DNA from: an uncultured Phycisphaerales bacterium
GTDB lineage: Bacteria > Planctomycetota > Phycisphaerae > Tepidisphaerales > Tepidisphaeraceae
Assembly: GCA_963758525.1 (NCBI GenBank)
Contig: CAVWVQ010000003.1
Span: 448,001 to 512,000 of the forward strand
DNA length: 64,000 nt
Direction: 5' to 3'
Below are positions 34,157-44,741 of this stretch, piece after piece (the stretch's first letter is position 1; every line of letters starts with the position of its first letter). A program made the position numbers and the translations under genes. Below the pieces are notes generated by a model that worked only from the letters and a program-made list of their open reading frames with translations, ran no database searches and was not told the origin of the DNA.

Positions 34157-35781
34157 GACTTGCGCCCAACATCGACATTCTGCGTGGCGATGTTTTGTCT
34201 TCCCCCCTCTCCCGGTAATGGAGAGGGTTGGGGTGAGGGTGATTTGAGCAGTCGAATGCCGCTGGTGTTCGAAGTCACCCTCACCCCGTCCCTCTCCCGG
34301 AGTACCGGGAGAGGGGGAAGACGCACTGGGCAGTTCTCGCTCAGTTGCATCTGCTCATTGCGAAGCGCGTCGATGCGCTGCTGGCGATCCCATTTTTCCT
34401 GGAGTCGTTCCTGCGCAGCCTGCAGCGCCGCTTGCGGATCACTGTCGAGCCGGCTCACGCTCTGGGCGGCGTCGTCGAGTTCCTTCTTCAATTGCTCCCA
34501 CATCGGCGTCTGCGGTGCAAACCTCGCATTCGGGCTGGCGGAAAGCTCCTCGAACACACTGATGTACGGATTGGGATGACGGTCGAGAAATGCCTGGCTG
34601 ACGAGCCGGAGCGGCGAACTTTTGCAATGGAGCGTGCAGAGTTTTTCCATGACATCCTGCCGGGCGAGATAGGCCATGAATTCAAAAGCCGCATCAGGGT
34701 GACGGGCGGCGCGAGGGATCACCAGCGTATCGACGGAGCAATAGCTGACGTTCGCCACTCCCGCGACGGCCGAGGGGAATGGGGCAACCGCCCATTCAGA
34801 GTTGTCGCGCCGGTCGGGAAGTTCATTCTCCCGCTCGCGCGGCACTTTCGCCTCACAGATCGACGGCCCCCACGGCGTCGTGTGAGTCAATCTGTAGAAG
34901 TAATTCGCCATCCACGGCCCCTGCTGCTCCATCGCCACTTCACCGACAAGAAATGGATTCTGCGGCGAATCGAATCCGCCGGCGGCATCGTGGAACTCGA
35001 CGGTGGCGCCGGACCCAAGCCGTTGGGAATAGTCGGCGATCCATCGGAAGGCCGCAATGTTGGGCGCGGAACCGAGCGTGAAGCGATTGGATGAGGAATC
35101 AAACCAACTGCCACCGAACCAGACGGGCGCGAAGTCGATGTACCAGCCGGGCTCCATCGGCAGATATCCTGCCCGCTTGATGCGCCCATGCTGGTCGATC
35201 ACGTCCAGCGCCTTTGCGTATTGATCCAACTCGGCCAGCGTGCGCGGCGCGCGATTCGGATCGAGTCCCGCGGCGACAAGCTTTGCCGCGCTCTGGCGGA
35301 AAATCCGTTTGTTCCAGTAGAGGGCCACGCAGGCCGGCGTATTCGGAAGCGCCCAGAGCTTTCCCTCATACCGGCATGCGTTCCAATAGACCGTTTTGTA
35401 AGTCTGCGAGTCGATCCCGTACTTTCGTGCCAGCTCATCCAAAGGTTGCAACGCGCCGAGGCTCGCGAACTCGGCCGTCTGCGGGTCCCACAGCCCCGCG
35501 ATGTCCGGCGGCACGCCAGCCGCGGAGGCGATCAGCAGCTTCTGATCGAGCTTGCTCATCGACAGGTAGCGGACGTAGATGTGCTTTTGCGACCCGACGC
35601 TTCGATTGAAGTCGTCGACGATCAGCCGCATCTGATCCGCTTCGGCGCCGACCCATTTTTCCCAGTATTCGACGACGATCACATTGGGTGGAATTGCCGG
35701 CCGGTGATGTGCGCCGAAGACCAGGAACCACGCGGCGAGACCGAGAAGCAAAGTGAAGATCAGGCGTTTGACGAGAATCAT
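34153..35781 (-). CDS. Sugar ABC transporter solute-binding protein with REP-derived C-terminal extension
   Basis: GVPPDIA, GKLWALP, ALYWNK, GEVAM..QGPW. Confidence 0.9.
   Translation of the reverse strand: MILVKRLIFTLLLGLAAWFLVFGAHHRPAIPPNVIVVEYWEKWVGAEADQMRLIVDDFNRSVGSQKHIYVRYLSMSKLDQKLLIASAAGVPPDIAGLWDPQTAEFASLGALQPLDELARKYGIDSQTYKTVYWNACRYEGKLWALPNTPACVALYWNKRIFRQSAAKLVAAGLDPNRAPRTLAELDQYAKALDVIDQHGRIKRAGYLPMEPGWYIDFAPVWFGGSWFDSSSNRFTLGSAPNIAAFRWIADYSQRLGSGATVEFHDAAGGFDSPQNPFLVGEVAMEQQGPWMANYFYRLTHTTPWGPSICEAKVPRERENELPDRRDNSEWAVAPFPSAVAGVANVSYCSVDTLVIPRAARHPDAAFEFMAYLARQDVMEKLCTLHCKSSPLRLVSQAFLDRHPNPYISVFEELSASPNARFAPQTPMWEQLKKELDDAAQSVSRLDSDPQAALQAAQERLQEKWDRQQRIDALRNEQMQLSENCPVRLPPLPVLRERDGVRVTSNTSGIRLLKSPSPQPSPLPGEGGRQNIATQNVDVGRKS
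34202..34317. repeat. CCCTCACCCC/CCCTCTCCC REP pair inside the coding sequence
   Basis: Inverted arms; sister copy at 39945-40061. Confidence 0.88.
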
Positions 35782-35896
35782 CCGTGAGCCGTCCGCAGGG
35801 CAGCTTGCCACGAGCTGTGCAAGTCAAACTGCTCGGAGAGGCTGAACTCCTGACACTGCGAGCCGCGGCATTCAGCACCGTTTCAGCAGTTGCGAT

Positions 35897-36926
35897 TCAT
35901 ATTTGGACGCTCGGCAGATTCGGAAAGAGCTCGCCCGCTGGTTCGGCAATTCGTTCTAAGACGCGCTGCGCCAGTGCAGTAAACTGCCGCTTGCAATCCA
36001 ATACGGCGCCGGCGTGGCCGCCGATAGCACCGTCGGCAGCGGTGAGGTGAAACATCGGCTTGCGCATCTTGGGCCATTGGCATCAGGCTCTTAAAATGCT
36101 TGAGCATCGCAAGCTGGTTTTGATCATCATCAGCTGATGCCGGCTGCCCATGATTTTCGAGGACCTCCTCCGCGTACGTGCTGGGGATACGATTCGCCCA
36201 CTTCAAATAAGATTTCACCGGACGATTCTCGCGAACTGATGGATTCAGAAGGACATACCCCAGTGGCATCATCCTCCCCAACGGGGTCGGCAGGCCACGC
36301 GGTATTTTGCCAGCCAGCCGTGTCTTCCACCCCAGTCTCCAATCCCGAAGAGTGGGCCCGAGGTTTCGCAGGCCCTGTAGGGAAAACAAGTCCGCGCCCA
36401 ATGGAATTACAACAAAATCCGCAGCGACCAACGCGGCGCGGTTCATGGCGCCGATATTCGGCCCTACGTCGATCAATACCAGATCGCTTTCGTTCTTTTC
36501 CGCAGCGGCTTTCATCACTCGATGAAAGGCTGTGACAACGCGGAAGCCATCACCAGCGATCGGAGCCTTGTCATCAAGGCACTTTCCCCATGCCTCGGAC
36601 AACCGATCTTCGAACGTGCTCAAACCCAAATCCCCTGCAATGAGATGAAGGCGTCGGTCTATGGTGATGGGTTTGGGTTCGCGGATGTCACCGAGACTTT
36701 CGATGAGCGGACTGATCGAACCCAATATCGTGTCGGAATGATCGCCTTCCGGCCATAATTTCTCTATCTCATTCTCATTCAGGAATATGCTGGTTAGATT
36801 GGATTGAGGATCCAGATCAACAGCGAGCACGCGCTTTCCCATGTCGCGAAACATCCACGCAAGATGATATGCCATAGACGTCTTTCCGACCCCGCCTTTG
36901 TTATTGAAAAAGACGATCGTTTTCAT
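35897..36926 (-). CDS. Orphan ParA/Soj-family ATPase; frameshift near 36062
   Basis: FNNKGGVGKT, DLDPQSNLT, IDVGP; corrected C-terminus KPMFHLTAADGAIGGH...QI*. Confidence 0.9.
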
Positions 36927-38101
36927 TGACGTTTCCTCACGATCATGGCCAGATGATTTTCTCCGACGATGTAGTCGAGGTTCGGGCTCCCATTCTTCTT
37001 TAAGACGTCCTTCGCAAGAACAATTCCGCGCCCAAACCTATTGGCAAATCCTAATGTCTTCGCTGCCTCAGCCAGCACAGGATTTCGGTACGAAGTCCCG
37101 TTTGGAAACTGATCCGCTGTCAGATCACCATAAAGTGAGCCGGGATTCTGGATTTCGATCCTGTCTGAGAAATGATTGATCGATATGGGCGTAGTCGAGG
37201 TGTCGTAATTCCGATGAATCACCGCGTTGACAAATAGTTCATGGAGCGCCAAGTGAGGATAATCCGCAACTACCGCGTCGGTCAGGTCGTCGCGACGCAC
37301 TGGTCTATATTTTGCGAGTTCTTTCGCGAGAAAATCCAAGTCCCTCATTACAGTGATCAGATCACCCGTAATCCTCCGCTCTGTGATCGGGGAATCGGCT
37401 TGCGTCAGACCATCATATTCGACGTATTGTATGTAAGCACCCGGAAAAAAGGACATCGGGTCCTTTCCGAAGAGGAGAACGGCACCGTTAGTCGGTGCGG
37501 AAGTGTTTCGATTGTAGAGACGCAAAGAGCCGAGCTGCTCCTCCGTCGTCCGCCCATTTTCTTGCATGACCGTCTCGGAAACGGCGGACGGAAGATAGAC
37601 TAGCTTAAAAAGCACCAAGGCGAGATCGTCAAGAGATGCCCCCACACATCCACGCGTGTCCCAGGTTCTCGCCTTGTCAACTCGGCGCTCTTCCAAACGC
37701 CGCTCTTGCTCGAGGGTAGCGACGCTGGCCGTCGGACCAGTGCGAATCCACACTGTCTGTTTGTAGCGGACCGGTGGCATACTGCTAGGGCGGACCTCGA
37801 CAACCGCGATGTCCTTGCCAGAATGCGTCGCCTTGAAGACATGCATGTCAGGCACTGGCAAAATCTGGCCGTTGTTTCGATGGCTAGCCAATGCTTCGAG
37901 TAGTCGCTCGTCTATTCGAGCACCGGATGGACTCCCCTTCTTGTCCACCCCCACGAAGAGATACCCGGAGAGTCCCGAACTCGGCATATCGTTGGCAAAC
38001 GCGCAGATCGCCTTGCAGAACTTATCGCTGTCATCGAGCGATATGGTTCGTTCGACCCGGAAGGACTCGATGTCGGCAAGCAGGTTTGCAAGGTCGGTCA
38101 T
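36923..38101 (-). CDS. Schlafen/AlbA_2 domain + HATPase_c_4 (GHKL-like) protein
   Basis: ESFRVE, AFAND, GYLFVGVD; ELFVNAVIHRNY, RIEIQNPG, YRNP, GRGI. Confidence 0.88.
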   Translation of the reverse strand: MTDLANLLADIESFRVERTISLDDSDKFCKAICAFANDMPSSGLSGYLFVGVDKKGSPSGARIDERLLEALASHRNNGQILPVPDMHVFKATHSGKDIAVVEVRPSSMPPVRYKQTVWIRTGPTASVATLEQERRLEERRVDKARTWDTRGCVGASLDDLALVLFKLVYLPSAVSETVMQENGRTTEEQLGSLRLYNRNTSAPTNGAVLLFGKDPMSFFPGAYIQYVEYDGLTQADSPITERRITGDLITVMRDLDFLAKELAKYRPVRRDDLTDAVVADYPHLALHELFVNAVIHRNYDTSTTPISINHFSDRIEIQNPGSLYGDLTADQFPNGTSYRNPVLAEAAKTLGFANRFGRGIVLAKDVLKKNGSPNLDYIVGENHLAMIVRKRQ

Positions 38102-38341
38102 TTCAATACTCCGAGCAACGCAGTCTCCGTGTCACAAGCGGCGGAGCGCGGCGTGCATTGAGTGTGCTAGCCTGGCAAAACGAAATGAAAACGGATCAAG
38201 CATACAGTTTTGATCTTATGCGATTCGGGTGAATGGGCAAGGTCGCCTCGGCGGTGCGGCGGTGCTTTCCACCAAAAAATACTGAACGAAAGCTATTCAC
38301 CTGATCCACCGATCTGCGCTCGGCTGTAAAATAAAGTCGTA

Positions 38342-38779
38342 ATGCCCTACCGCTTCCTAGCCGACGCCCTTGTGGTCTTTCATCTCTCGTTCGTCGGTTT
38401 TGTCATCTTCGGAGGACTGCTGGTCGTGCGCTGGCCGCGGATGGCGTTCGCGCATTTGCCGGCGGCGGCGTGGGGCGTGTTCATCGAGTGGTCAGGGCTG
38501 ATCTGTCCGCTGACCTATCTGGAGAATAATTGGCGCAGGCTGGGCCACGTCGAGAGCTACCAGGGCGGGTTCATCGATCATTACATCATGCCGGTGCTCT
38601 ATCCCGACGGGCTGACGCGCAACATTCAGTTCATTCTCGGCGGGGGAATTCTGGTTCTGAATATCACCCTCTACGTGATCACCGTGCGGCGCCTGCGCCG
38701 GATACGCGGGGATTCGAGGGGCTTTGCGATCGGGCCTCAGATAGCGCCAGATCGGCCAGTGCATCAGCCGCGAAGTTGA
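38342..38779 (+). CDS. DUF2784 family membrane protein
   Basis: LADALVVFHLSF, ICPLTYLE, GGFIDHY. Confidence 0.88.
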   Translation: MPYRFLADALVVFHLSFVGFVIFGGLLVVRWPRMAFAHLPAAAWGVFIEWSGLICPLTYLENNWRRLGHVESYQGGFIDHYIMPVLYPDGLTRNIQFILGGGILVLNITLYVITVRRLRRIRGDSRGFAIGPQIAPDRPVHQPRS

Positions 38780-39905
38780 CGTCCTGGGGGGAGAGGAATG
38801 GCCCGAAGCTCAAGCGAGTGGTGCCGCCGAGATCGGCGGTTCCGATGGCCTTGTGCGCGAGCGGAGCGCAATGCAGACCCGAGCGGGTGAGGATTCCGAA
38901 GCTGGCTTCGAGCGCGGCGGAGAGTTCCTGCGGATCGAAGCCGTCGATCCGCACGGAGAAGACGCCGGCGCGGTCTTTCACCCCGCGGGGGCCGAAGAAA
39001 TGCAGGCCTTCGACGTCGGCCATTCCGTCGAGGAATGTGCGCACGAGATCCATTTCATGGGCGGCGAGCTTTGCGATGGTCTGATCGAGCACCCACTGCA
39101 CGCCTTGCGACAGGCCAATGATTCCGATGGCGTTGTGACTGCCCGGCTCGTATTTGTCGGGCATGAATTCGGGCTGGCGATCATCCTCGCTGACCGATCC
39201 CGTCCCTCCCTCGCGGATGGTGCGAAGCATTTTTTCGATGCCGGGACGGATATAGAGAAATCCGGTGCCAAGAGGGCCGAGCAGACCTTTGTGACCGGGA
39301 GCGGCCAGCAGATCGATCATGTCCGCCTGCACGTCGATCGGCAGATGCCCGGCCGACTGAGCGGCATCGACGATGAACGGCACGCCTGACTCGCGGGCGA
39401 TTTTGCCGATCTCCCGGATCGGCTGCACCGTTCCCGTCACGTTGCTCACATGCGTGATCGCGATGAACCGCGTGTCGGAACGGATCGCGCGGCGAATGTC
39501 TTGCGGATCGACGAGGCCGCTGGCGGGATCGACCTCGATGCGCGTCTGCGTGATCGCGCCGCGCTCCTCGAGGGCGCGAAGCGGACGGAGAATCGAGTTG
39601 TGATCGATGTGCGTGCAGATCGCGTGGCCGCCGCCCGCATCGGCCAGACCCTTGATCGCGAGGTTCAGTGCATCGGAGCAGTTGAGCGTGAAGATGAAAT
39701 GCTCAGGGCGCTCGCCATTGAACAGACGGTTAAGCCGTCGACGGCATTCAGAGATTTCCGCGCCGGTTTCGGTCGCCTCCTGATACGCCCCGCGTCCGGC
39801 GCTGGCGCCCAGTTCGGTCGCGTAGCGCTGCATTGCCTCCAGCACCTCCCGCGGCTTGGGGAAGCTGGTGGCGGCATTGTCCATGTACAAACGGCGGGGA
39901 GACAT
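38679..39905 (-). CDS. Cysteine desulfurase-like class V aminotransferase
   Basis: YMDNAATS, HNSILRP, DAAQSAG, PGHKGL, RSGLHCAP. Confidence 0.93.
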   Translation of the reverse strand: MSPRRLYMDNAATSFPKPREVLEAMQRYATELGASAGRGAYQEATETGAEISECRRRLNRLFNGERPEHFIFTLNCSDALNLAIKGLADAGGGHAICTHIDHNSILRPLRALEERGAITQTRIEVDPASGLVDPQDIRRAIRSDTRFIAITHVSNVTGTVQPIREIGKIARESGVPFIVDAAQSAGHLPIDVQADMIDLLAAPGHKGLLGPLGTGFLYIRPGIEKMLRTIREGGTGSVSEDDRQPEFMPDKYEPGSHNAIGIIGLSQGVQWVLDQTIAKLAAHEMDLVRTFLDGMADVEGLHFFGPRGVKDRAGVFSVRIDGFDPQELSAALEASFGILTRSGLHCAPLAHKAIGTADLGGTTRLSFGPFLSPQDVNFAADALADLALSEARSQSPSNPRVSGAGAAR

Positions 39906-39944
39906 AGAAATTCCTGTAGCGGCCTCAGATCTTCGGACACCCTA

Positions 39945-40061
39945 CCCCCTCGCCCGGTACGCCGGGGGAGGGCGGTGGTGAGGGTGATTGGGAACGACGA
40001 TAGCGTCTGGTGCTCGAAATCACCCTCACCCCAACCCTCTCCCGGATTACCGGGAGAGGGA
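39945..40061. repeat. CCCTCACCCC/CCCTCTCCC REP pair
   Basis: Sister of 34202-34317. Confidence 0.85.
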
Positions 40062-40077
40062 GTAAGAGCGCCGCGCG

Positions 40078-40764
40078 TTACCAAAAATACCAGTCGCCGG
40101 ACTTTAATACATAGAGGCCCAGCAGGAAATTCGTGACTCCGTGCATGATGATGCAGGCTCCGAGGCTTCGCGTCACGACGAGCAATCCCGCTATCAAAAG
40201 GCCCCACACCAGCGCGGTCATCCACTGCACGTGCACGGAGCAGAAGATCAACGATACGAGCAGAATTGCCTTCCAGTCTACTTCTCCGACTTGCGCCAAC
40301 TGGAAATCCGCCGGAGCGACGATGCTCCGCCAGGCAAAATCCCGCCAGAAGAGCTCTTCCATGACGGGAACCACGAGCGACGCGGTGCCCAGCCGGATTG
40401 CGATAAACGCCCATCGCCAGGCTGGCGAGGCGATTGCCTGAAACGGATTGTAAGGATCGACCTGCGGATGAGGGTAATGGGGTGCGACGTGAAGCAGCAA
40501 CTTCTCCATTCCCACCCACTGCACGACGCCGACGACGCCCATGATTGCGCCGAGCCACCAGTAGTTCCAGCGGATTTTCGTGTAGCTCCGGCGAAATGCG
40601 ATCAGCAGCACGGCGGTGAGAATCGCCTTGATAACGTAGCTGGCGGGGAAGACCGCGGGCCACCAGACGCCTGCCTGCGTGAGAATCAGGAAGACAGCGA
40701 TCGGCAGCACGTAAGCGACTTCTTCACGAGCAACGCGCGCTTCGCGTGGCTGAGTGGGGATCAA
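40078..40764 (-). CDS. CAAX prenyl protease-related (CPBP) intramembrane protease; start uncertain
   Basis: PVMEELFWR, SVH, HGVTN. Confidence 0.88.
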   Translation of the reverse strand: MIPTQPREARVAREEVAYVLPIAVFLILTQAGVWWPAVFPASYVIKAILTAVLLIAFRRSYTKIRWNYWWLGAIMGVVGVVQWVGMEKLLLHVAPHYPHPQVDPYNPFQAIASPAWRWAFIAIRLGTASLVVPVMEELFWRDFAWRSIVAPADFQLAQVGEVDWKAILLVSLIFCSVHVQWMTALVWGLLIAGLLVVTRSLGACIIMHGVTNFLLGLYVLKSGDWYFW

Positions 40765-40772
40765 GGACGCAC

Positions 40773-41963
40773 TCAAGGGGTCGCCGAATCTTTCCCGCGC
40801 GGGCGAAACAGCGCGAAGCTGGCGGTGTGACCGTGAATGAAGTTTCGCCCTCCGACCGGCCCCAGCTCCCCTGCCGCAAAAAATCCCGCGACGGGCATGC
40901 CGGGCATCGCCTTGTGAGCTGCATCGATATCGTGAGACGGGAGCGTGAACATCCGCGTCCCGCGGCCGTTGCAACTGAACAGCAACGCACCGGCCGGTGG
41001 TTCACCCGCGTTCTGCGCATCGAGCAACAGTGACAAATCCTCGTCGGCAGTCGCCGCGTCGCGCACTTGAAATTGGATGGTCTGTCCGGTTTTCACGTAT
41101 TCCGCGACGGCGATCGCGCTCTTCTCTTCATCCGCCCCCATCACGTTGCGCACCAGAAAATCCCCGCGGCCGAATCGCTCCTTGAATTCGCTGATCGCCC
41201 GCCCGATGAACAGGCCGTTGGCGAGCTGCTCGCGCTCGGATTCTTCCATCTCGTTGATCATCTCCTGGAGAACCTTCAGCGCAGGTTTGCCGCCGAGCTG
41301 CTCGATCATGTTGTCGTGCGACTTAGTGATGATCATCGGCTTGCCCACCGGCCGGCAACCCTGGCTGACCACCGTTTGCACGTCGACCAGCCCGCTGAGG
41401 CAAAGCCCGACAAAACCCTGCTGATACGCCTGATCGTTGCGGAGCAGAACATTCTCGCCCGGTTGACGCCCGCTGCTGGCCATGCCGCCGATCAACGGCG
41501 CCAGCGGCGCCGCCGCGTCGAGCGCCGGAAGGAATTGCGTCATCGGCGCGGTGAAGGGATCGCCGAATCCGATGATCGCCCGGCTGTCGGGGCCGTATCC
41601 GATCCGGGCCCGCAGGGCGTCGGGATCGGTCAGCACTTCGCGCCAGGCGCGTTCGCCGGTGATGTGAAACGGATGGACGCGCACGCCCGGCAGTCTTGCG
41701 ACCAGCAGCGACAATCCCGCGGAGCGTTCGACTTCGCGATCCGATCCGATCACTCCCTCGGCGGAGCACCCGATCAGCGTCTGCGCGTCCAGCTCGAGCC
41801 AGAGGCTTTCGACGATGGCCGAGGCATCCTCGGAGAAGTCCCCGGTGAAAAACGCGAAGACGACGTCGATCTTCCCTTCCATTGCGGTGCGCGCCGCCTC
41901 CACCACTTCGGCGACGGCTTGGGAAGATGTTTCGCGCTCGCTGACAACAGAAAAGAATTTCAC
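40773..41963 (-). CDS. FIST domain protein
   Basis: GGMAS, VSQGCRPVG, FSCNGRG, GFFAAGELGP, HGHT. Confidence 0.92.
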   Translation of the reverse strand: MKFFSVVSERETSSQAVAEVVEAARTAMEGKIDVVFAFFTGDFSEDASAIVESLWLELDAQTLIGCSAEGVIGSDREVERSAGLSLLVARLPGVRVHPFHITGERAWREVLTDPDALRARIGYGPDSRAIIGFGDPFTAPMTQFLPALDAAAPLAPLIGGMASSGRQPGENVLLRNDQAYQQGFVGLCLSGLVDVQTVVSQGCRPVGKPMIITKSHDNMIEQLGGKPALKVLQEMINEMEESEREQLANGLFIGRAISEFKERFGRGDFLVRNVMGADEEKSAIAVAEYVKTGQTIQFQVRDAATADEDLSLLLDAQNAGEPPAGALLFSCNGRGTRMFTLPSHDIDAAHKAMPGMPVAGFFAAGELGPVGGRNFIHGHTASFALFRPRGKDSATP

Positions 41964-42042
41964 GCCGGCTTACCTCTGCCGCTATCTTCCCGCGTCTGCC
42001 GCGGCCGGGCAAGTTCCCAACCCGATTCGCTGTACAAAACTT

Positions 42043-42164
42043 CTCCCCGTGGCATGGGCGTCCCGCCCATGCTGGCGACGCTGGAGATGAACGAACCCTG
42101 CTTTCGAGAGATTCTGTTGAGCTCTACGGATCCAGCATGGGCAGGATGCCCATGCCACGGGGAG
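42043..42164. repeat. GTGG-type REP pair (GTGGCATGGGCGTCCCGCCCATG)
   Basis: Inverted arms; sister copy at 58043-58179. Confidence 0.88.
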
Positions 42165-42171
42165 AGCGTTC

Positions 42172-42837
42172 CTACGAAATGCTTGGGGGCGACCGATCGG
42201 GCCTGAAGGCGGCAATGAGTTGCGCCGCAAGACCCTCGCGCACCGCCCCCATTTCCGGCATTCGGTCGCCCAGCAGCCGCTGCAGAGACGTCGCGGATTT
42301 TCCGGGCAAACCACAGGGGACGATCAGATCGAAATAGCGCAGATCGGTTGTGACATTCAAGGCCAGCCCGTGCAGTGAAATTCCCCGGCTGATGCGAACC
42401 CCGATGGCACAAATCTTTGCCACAACGTCGCCGTCGTCCAACCAAATTCCCACGGCGGCGGGATCCTTTCGGGCGGCGATTCCGAACTCGGCCAGCAGCG
42501 TGATGACGGCATCTTCCAACCGATGGACATACGCCCCGACGGACAAGCGATGGGAATTGAGCCGGACGATCGGATACGCCACGATTTGGCCCGGGCCGTG
42601 AAAAGTGATGTCACCGCCGCGATCGCTCTTGACCAGTTCGACGCCGAGTTTGGCGAGCTGCTCCTCAGATGCCATCAGATTTCGCTCGCCACCGTCGCGG
42701 CGTCCGAAGGTGATCACCGGAGGATGTTCGACCAGGAGGATTTGCTCTTCGCCCCCCGCGAGAACCTGCGCGTGCGCTCTCTCCTGCTGCGCCCAGGCAG
42801 CGCGATAGTCCAACTTTCCAAGGTCATGGACTTTCAT
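42172..42837 (-). CDS. lipB: Lipoyl(octanoyl) transferase
   Basis: VEHPPVITFG, RGGDITFHGPGQ, KICAIG, HGLALN, IVPCG. Confidence 0.96.
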   Translation of the reverse strand: MKVHDLGKLDYRAAWAQQERAHAQVLAGGEEQILLVEHPPVITFGRRDGGERNLMASEEQLAKLGVELVKSDRGGDITFHGPGQIVAYPIVRLNSHRLSVGAYVHRLEDAVITLLAEFGIAARKDPAAVGIWLDDGDVVAKICAIGVRISRGISLHGLALNVTTDLRYFDLIVPCGLPGKSATSLQRLLGDRMPEMGAVREGLAAQLIAAFRPDRSPPSIS

Positions 42838-43038
42838 GTAAAACGGGTTTCCAACCCGTTCTGGCGATATCGCAGTAGCAAGCCCGCAATCCGCGCAACG
42901 AGCCAACGTTCCGAGGTCCTGGACCCTTCAAGTAAAACGGGTTTCCAACCCGTTCTGGCGATATCGCAGTAGCAAGCTCGCAATCCGCGCGATTCGCCGT
43001 TCCAGTTGCTCTACGAACGGGTTGGAAACCCGTTGTAC
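42838..43038. repeat. REP cluster GTAAAACGGGTTTCCAACCCGTT (two ~58-bp direct copies and one inverted copy)
   Basis: Copies near 42838 and 42931, inverted copy at 43016-43038. Confidence 0.88.
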
Positions 43039-44722
43039 AACGAGAGGTCCAGTTCGGCGAAGACATCGTCGTGCGCGTCCATCTCGGCGATCTGAATCTG
43101 CTCGAGTGATCCCATTGTACCTCCGGCGGCGAGTGACTCGGCGATGGTCGTTGCCCGGTCGAATCGGGTGGCGTGTCCGCTGAAGCGTTGGATGCCGTAA
43201 TCTGCCGCGCCCTTGGAGTGAACGACAAAAGGCCAGTCGCTGGCCTGCAGGAGCAGCAATTCGCGGGCGCCTCGCTGCAGCATCTGGCGGATCGAGTCGT
43301 TTCCCCGCCAGGGAAGTTGCTGGAGCATCGCGAGCAACCGCGTTTCCGCCCGATGCTCGGTTTCCCACATCCATCGGGTCTGCTCATTGAGCCAGACGCC
43401 GTGGTTTCCCTGCTCGCCCCAGCTTCCTTCAGGCAGTCGCATGACCTTGTCCGGCGGCGGATCGCGAAGCGCTTCCTCGGTCGTGGCGAGCGTGACGGAC
43501 CGGTCGTGGCTGAGCGTGAAAATCACGTCGCGCAGAAACTGGGGACCTTCGAACCACCAATGGCCGAAGAGCTCGGCGTCGAACGCCGCCACGCAAACGC
43601 CGGGTTTCCCTGCCAATGAGCGGTGTTCCCGTAGCGACTCTCGCACGATCTGGCAAAAATGCTGCGTATGCTCGAACAGGGTTGCGTGAACGTCCTGGGG
43701 AACGTAGGGCTCCTTGTCGCCGAGCGAAGTGCCGTGGTCCGTCACCCGGTGATAGCGCAGGCCGTGATCGGCACTTTTGCGATGAAAGTCCAAATACGAG
43801 GCCGCGCCAGGATATCCCACGGCCCCGCTCCACACCTGCTCGCTGATGATGGGCTGGCGGGCCAGCGCATAGCAACTCGGCGGCCCCGGCTCGCTTGCCA
43901 CGCCAACCGGTTCCATCGGATTGCGCCAGCCGCGGCCCGCGTCCCAATGCAGCTGCGCTTCGCCCACCGCGGAGAAACGCTTGCCGTGCATCGTTCCCAG
44001 CGGTTGGCCCTGCCTCACCAGGTCGGAGTCAACGCAAAAATGCGTCAGCCCGGCACCGGCGATCAGAGTTTCGAGGCCTTCGCGAGATCGCGGGCGATCA
44101 TCCAGCACCGGCGGCATCCAATGCGTACAGCCCGGGCGATAAGCGCACTCCGGAAGCCACATTCCAGTGCTGACCGCCTCACCGAGAATACGCCGGCTCG
44201 TCGCAGCGCCGATGGCCAATTGGCGCGGATCATTTCATCGTTGCGCAACAGCGGCAGGTAGGGATGCGTCGCCGGCCCGGTGAGGATCTGGATGTGTCCC
44301 TCACGGCTGCGGGCGGCAAATTCAGCGGGAATATCGCGTTTGATTCTCTCGAAATGGGCGGCTTTGCGCTGGAACCAGCTTTCCCAACGCTCCGCCAGAT
44401 GCGCGAATTGCTGCTGACCGGCGCGCTCGAAGTCGGCACGGTCGCGGGCAGCTCGCGCATGTTGTTCGGCCAGATACTTCGGGAATTGCTCTTTGAACCA
44501 TGGATGAGCTAATTGCTCCAGAAGCACCGGCGTCAAGCCGACGGTGAATCCCGGCCGGCATTTGTGCAGCGCGAGTTCGCCGATCAAATCGAGCAACGGG
44601 AGGTAGGCTTCCGCGGCGGCTTCAAAGAGCCAAGCCTCGCCATGAGGCGTCACGCCGTGATGGAGCACGTAGGGAAGGTGCGCATGGAGAACGATGCACA
44701 GCTTTCCGAGCGACTCGCTCAT
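43011..44722 (-). CDS. GH57 1,4-alpha-glucan branching enzyme; frameshift near 44220
   Basis: HAHLPYV, WLPEC, FDAELFGHWWFEG, ASDW. Confidence 0.92.
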
Positions 44723-44741
44723 CGCCGTGAATCGTAATGGG

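Noticed and set aside
35897..36926. Chromosome or plasmid partition locus
   Set aside because: No parB, parS-like site or replication gene nearby
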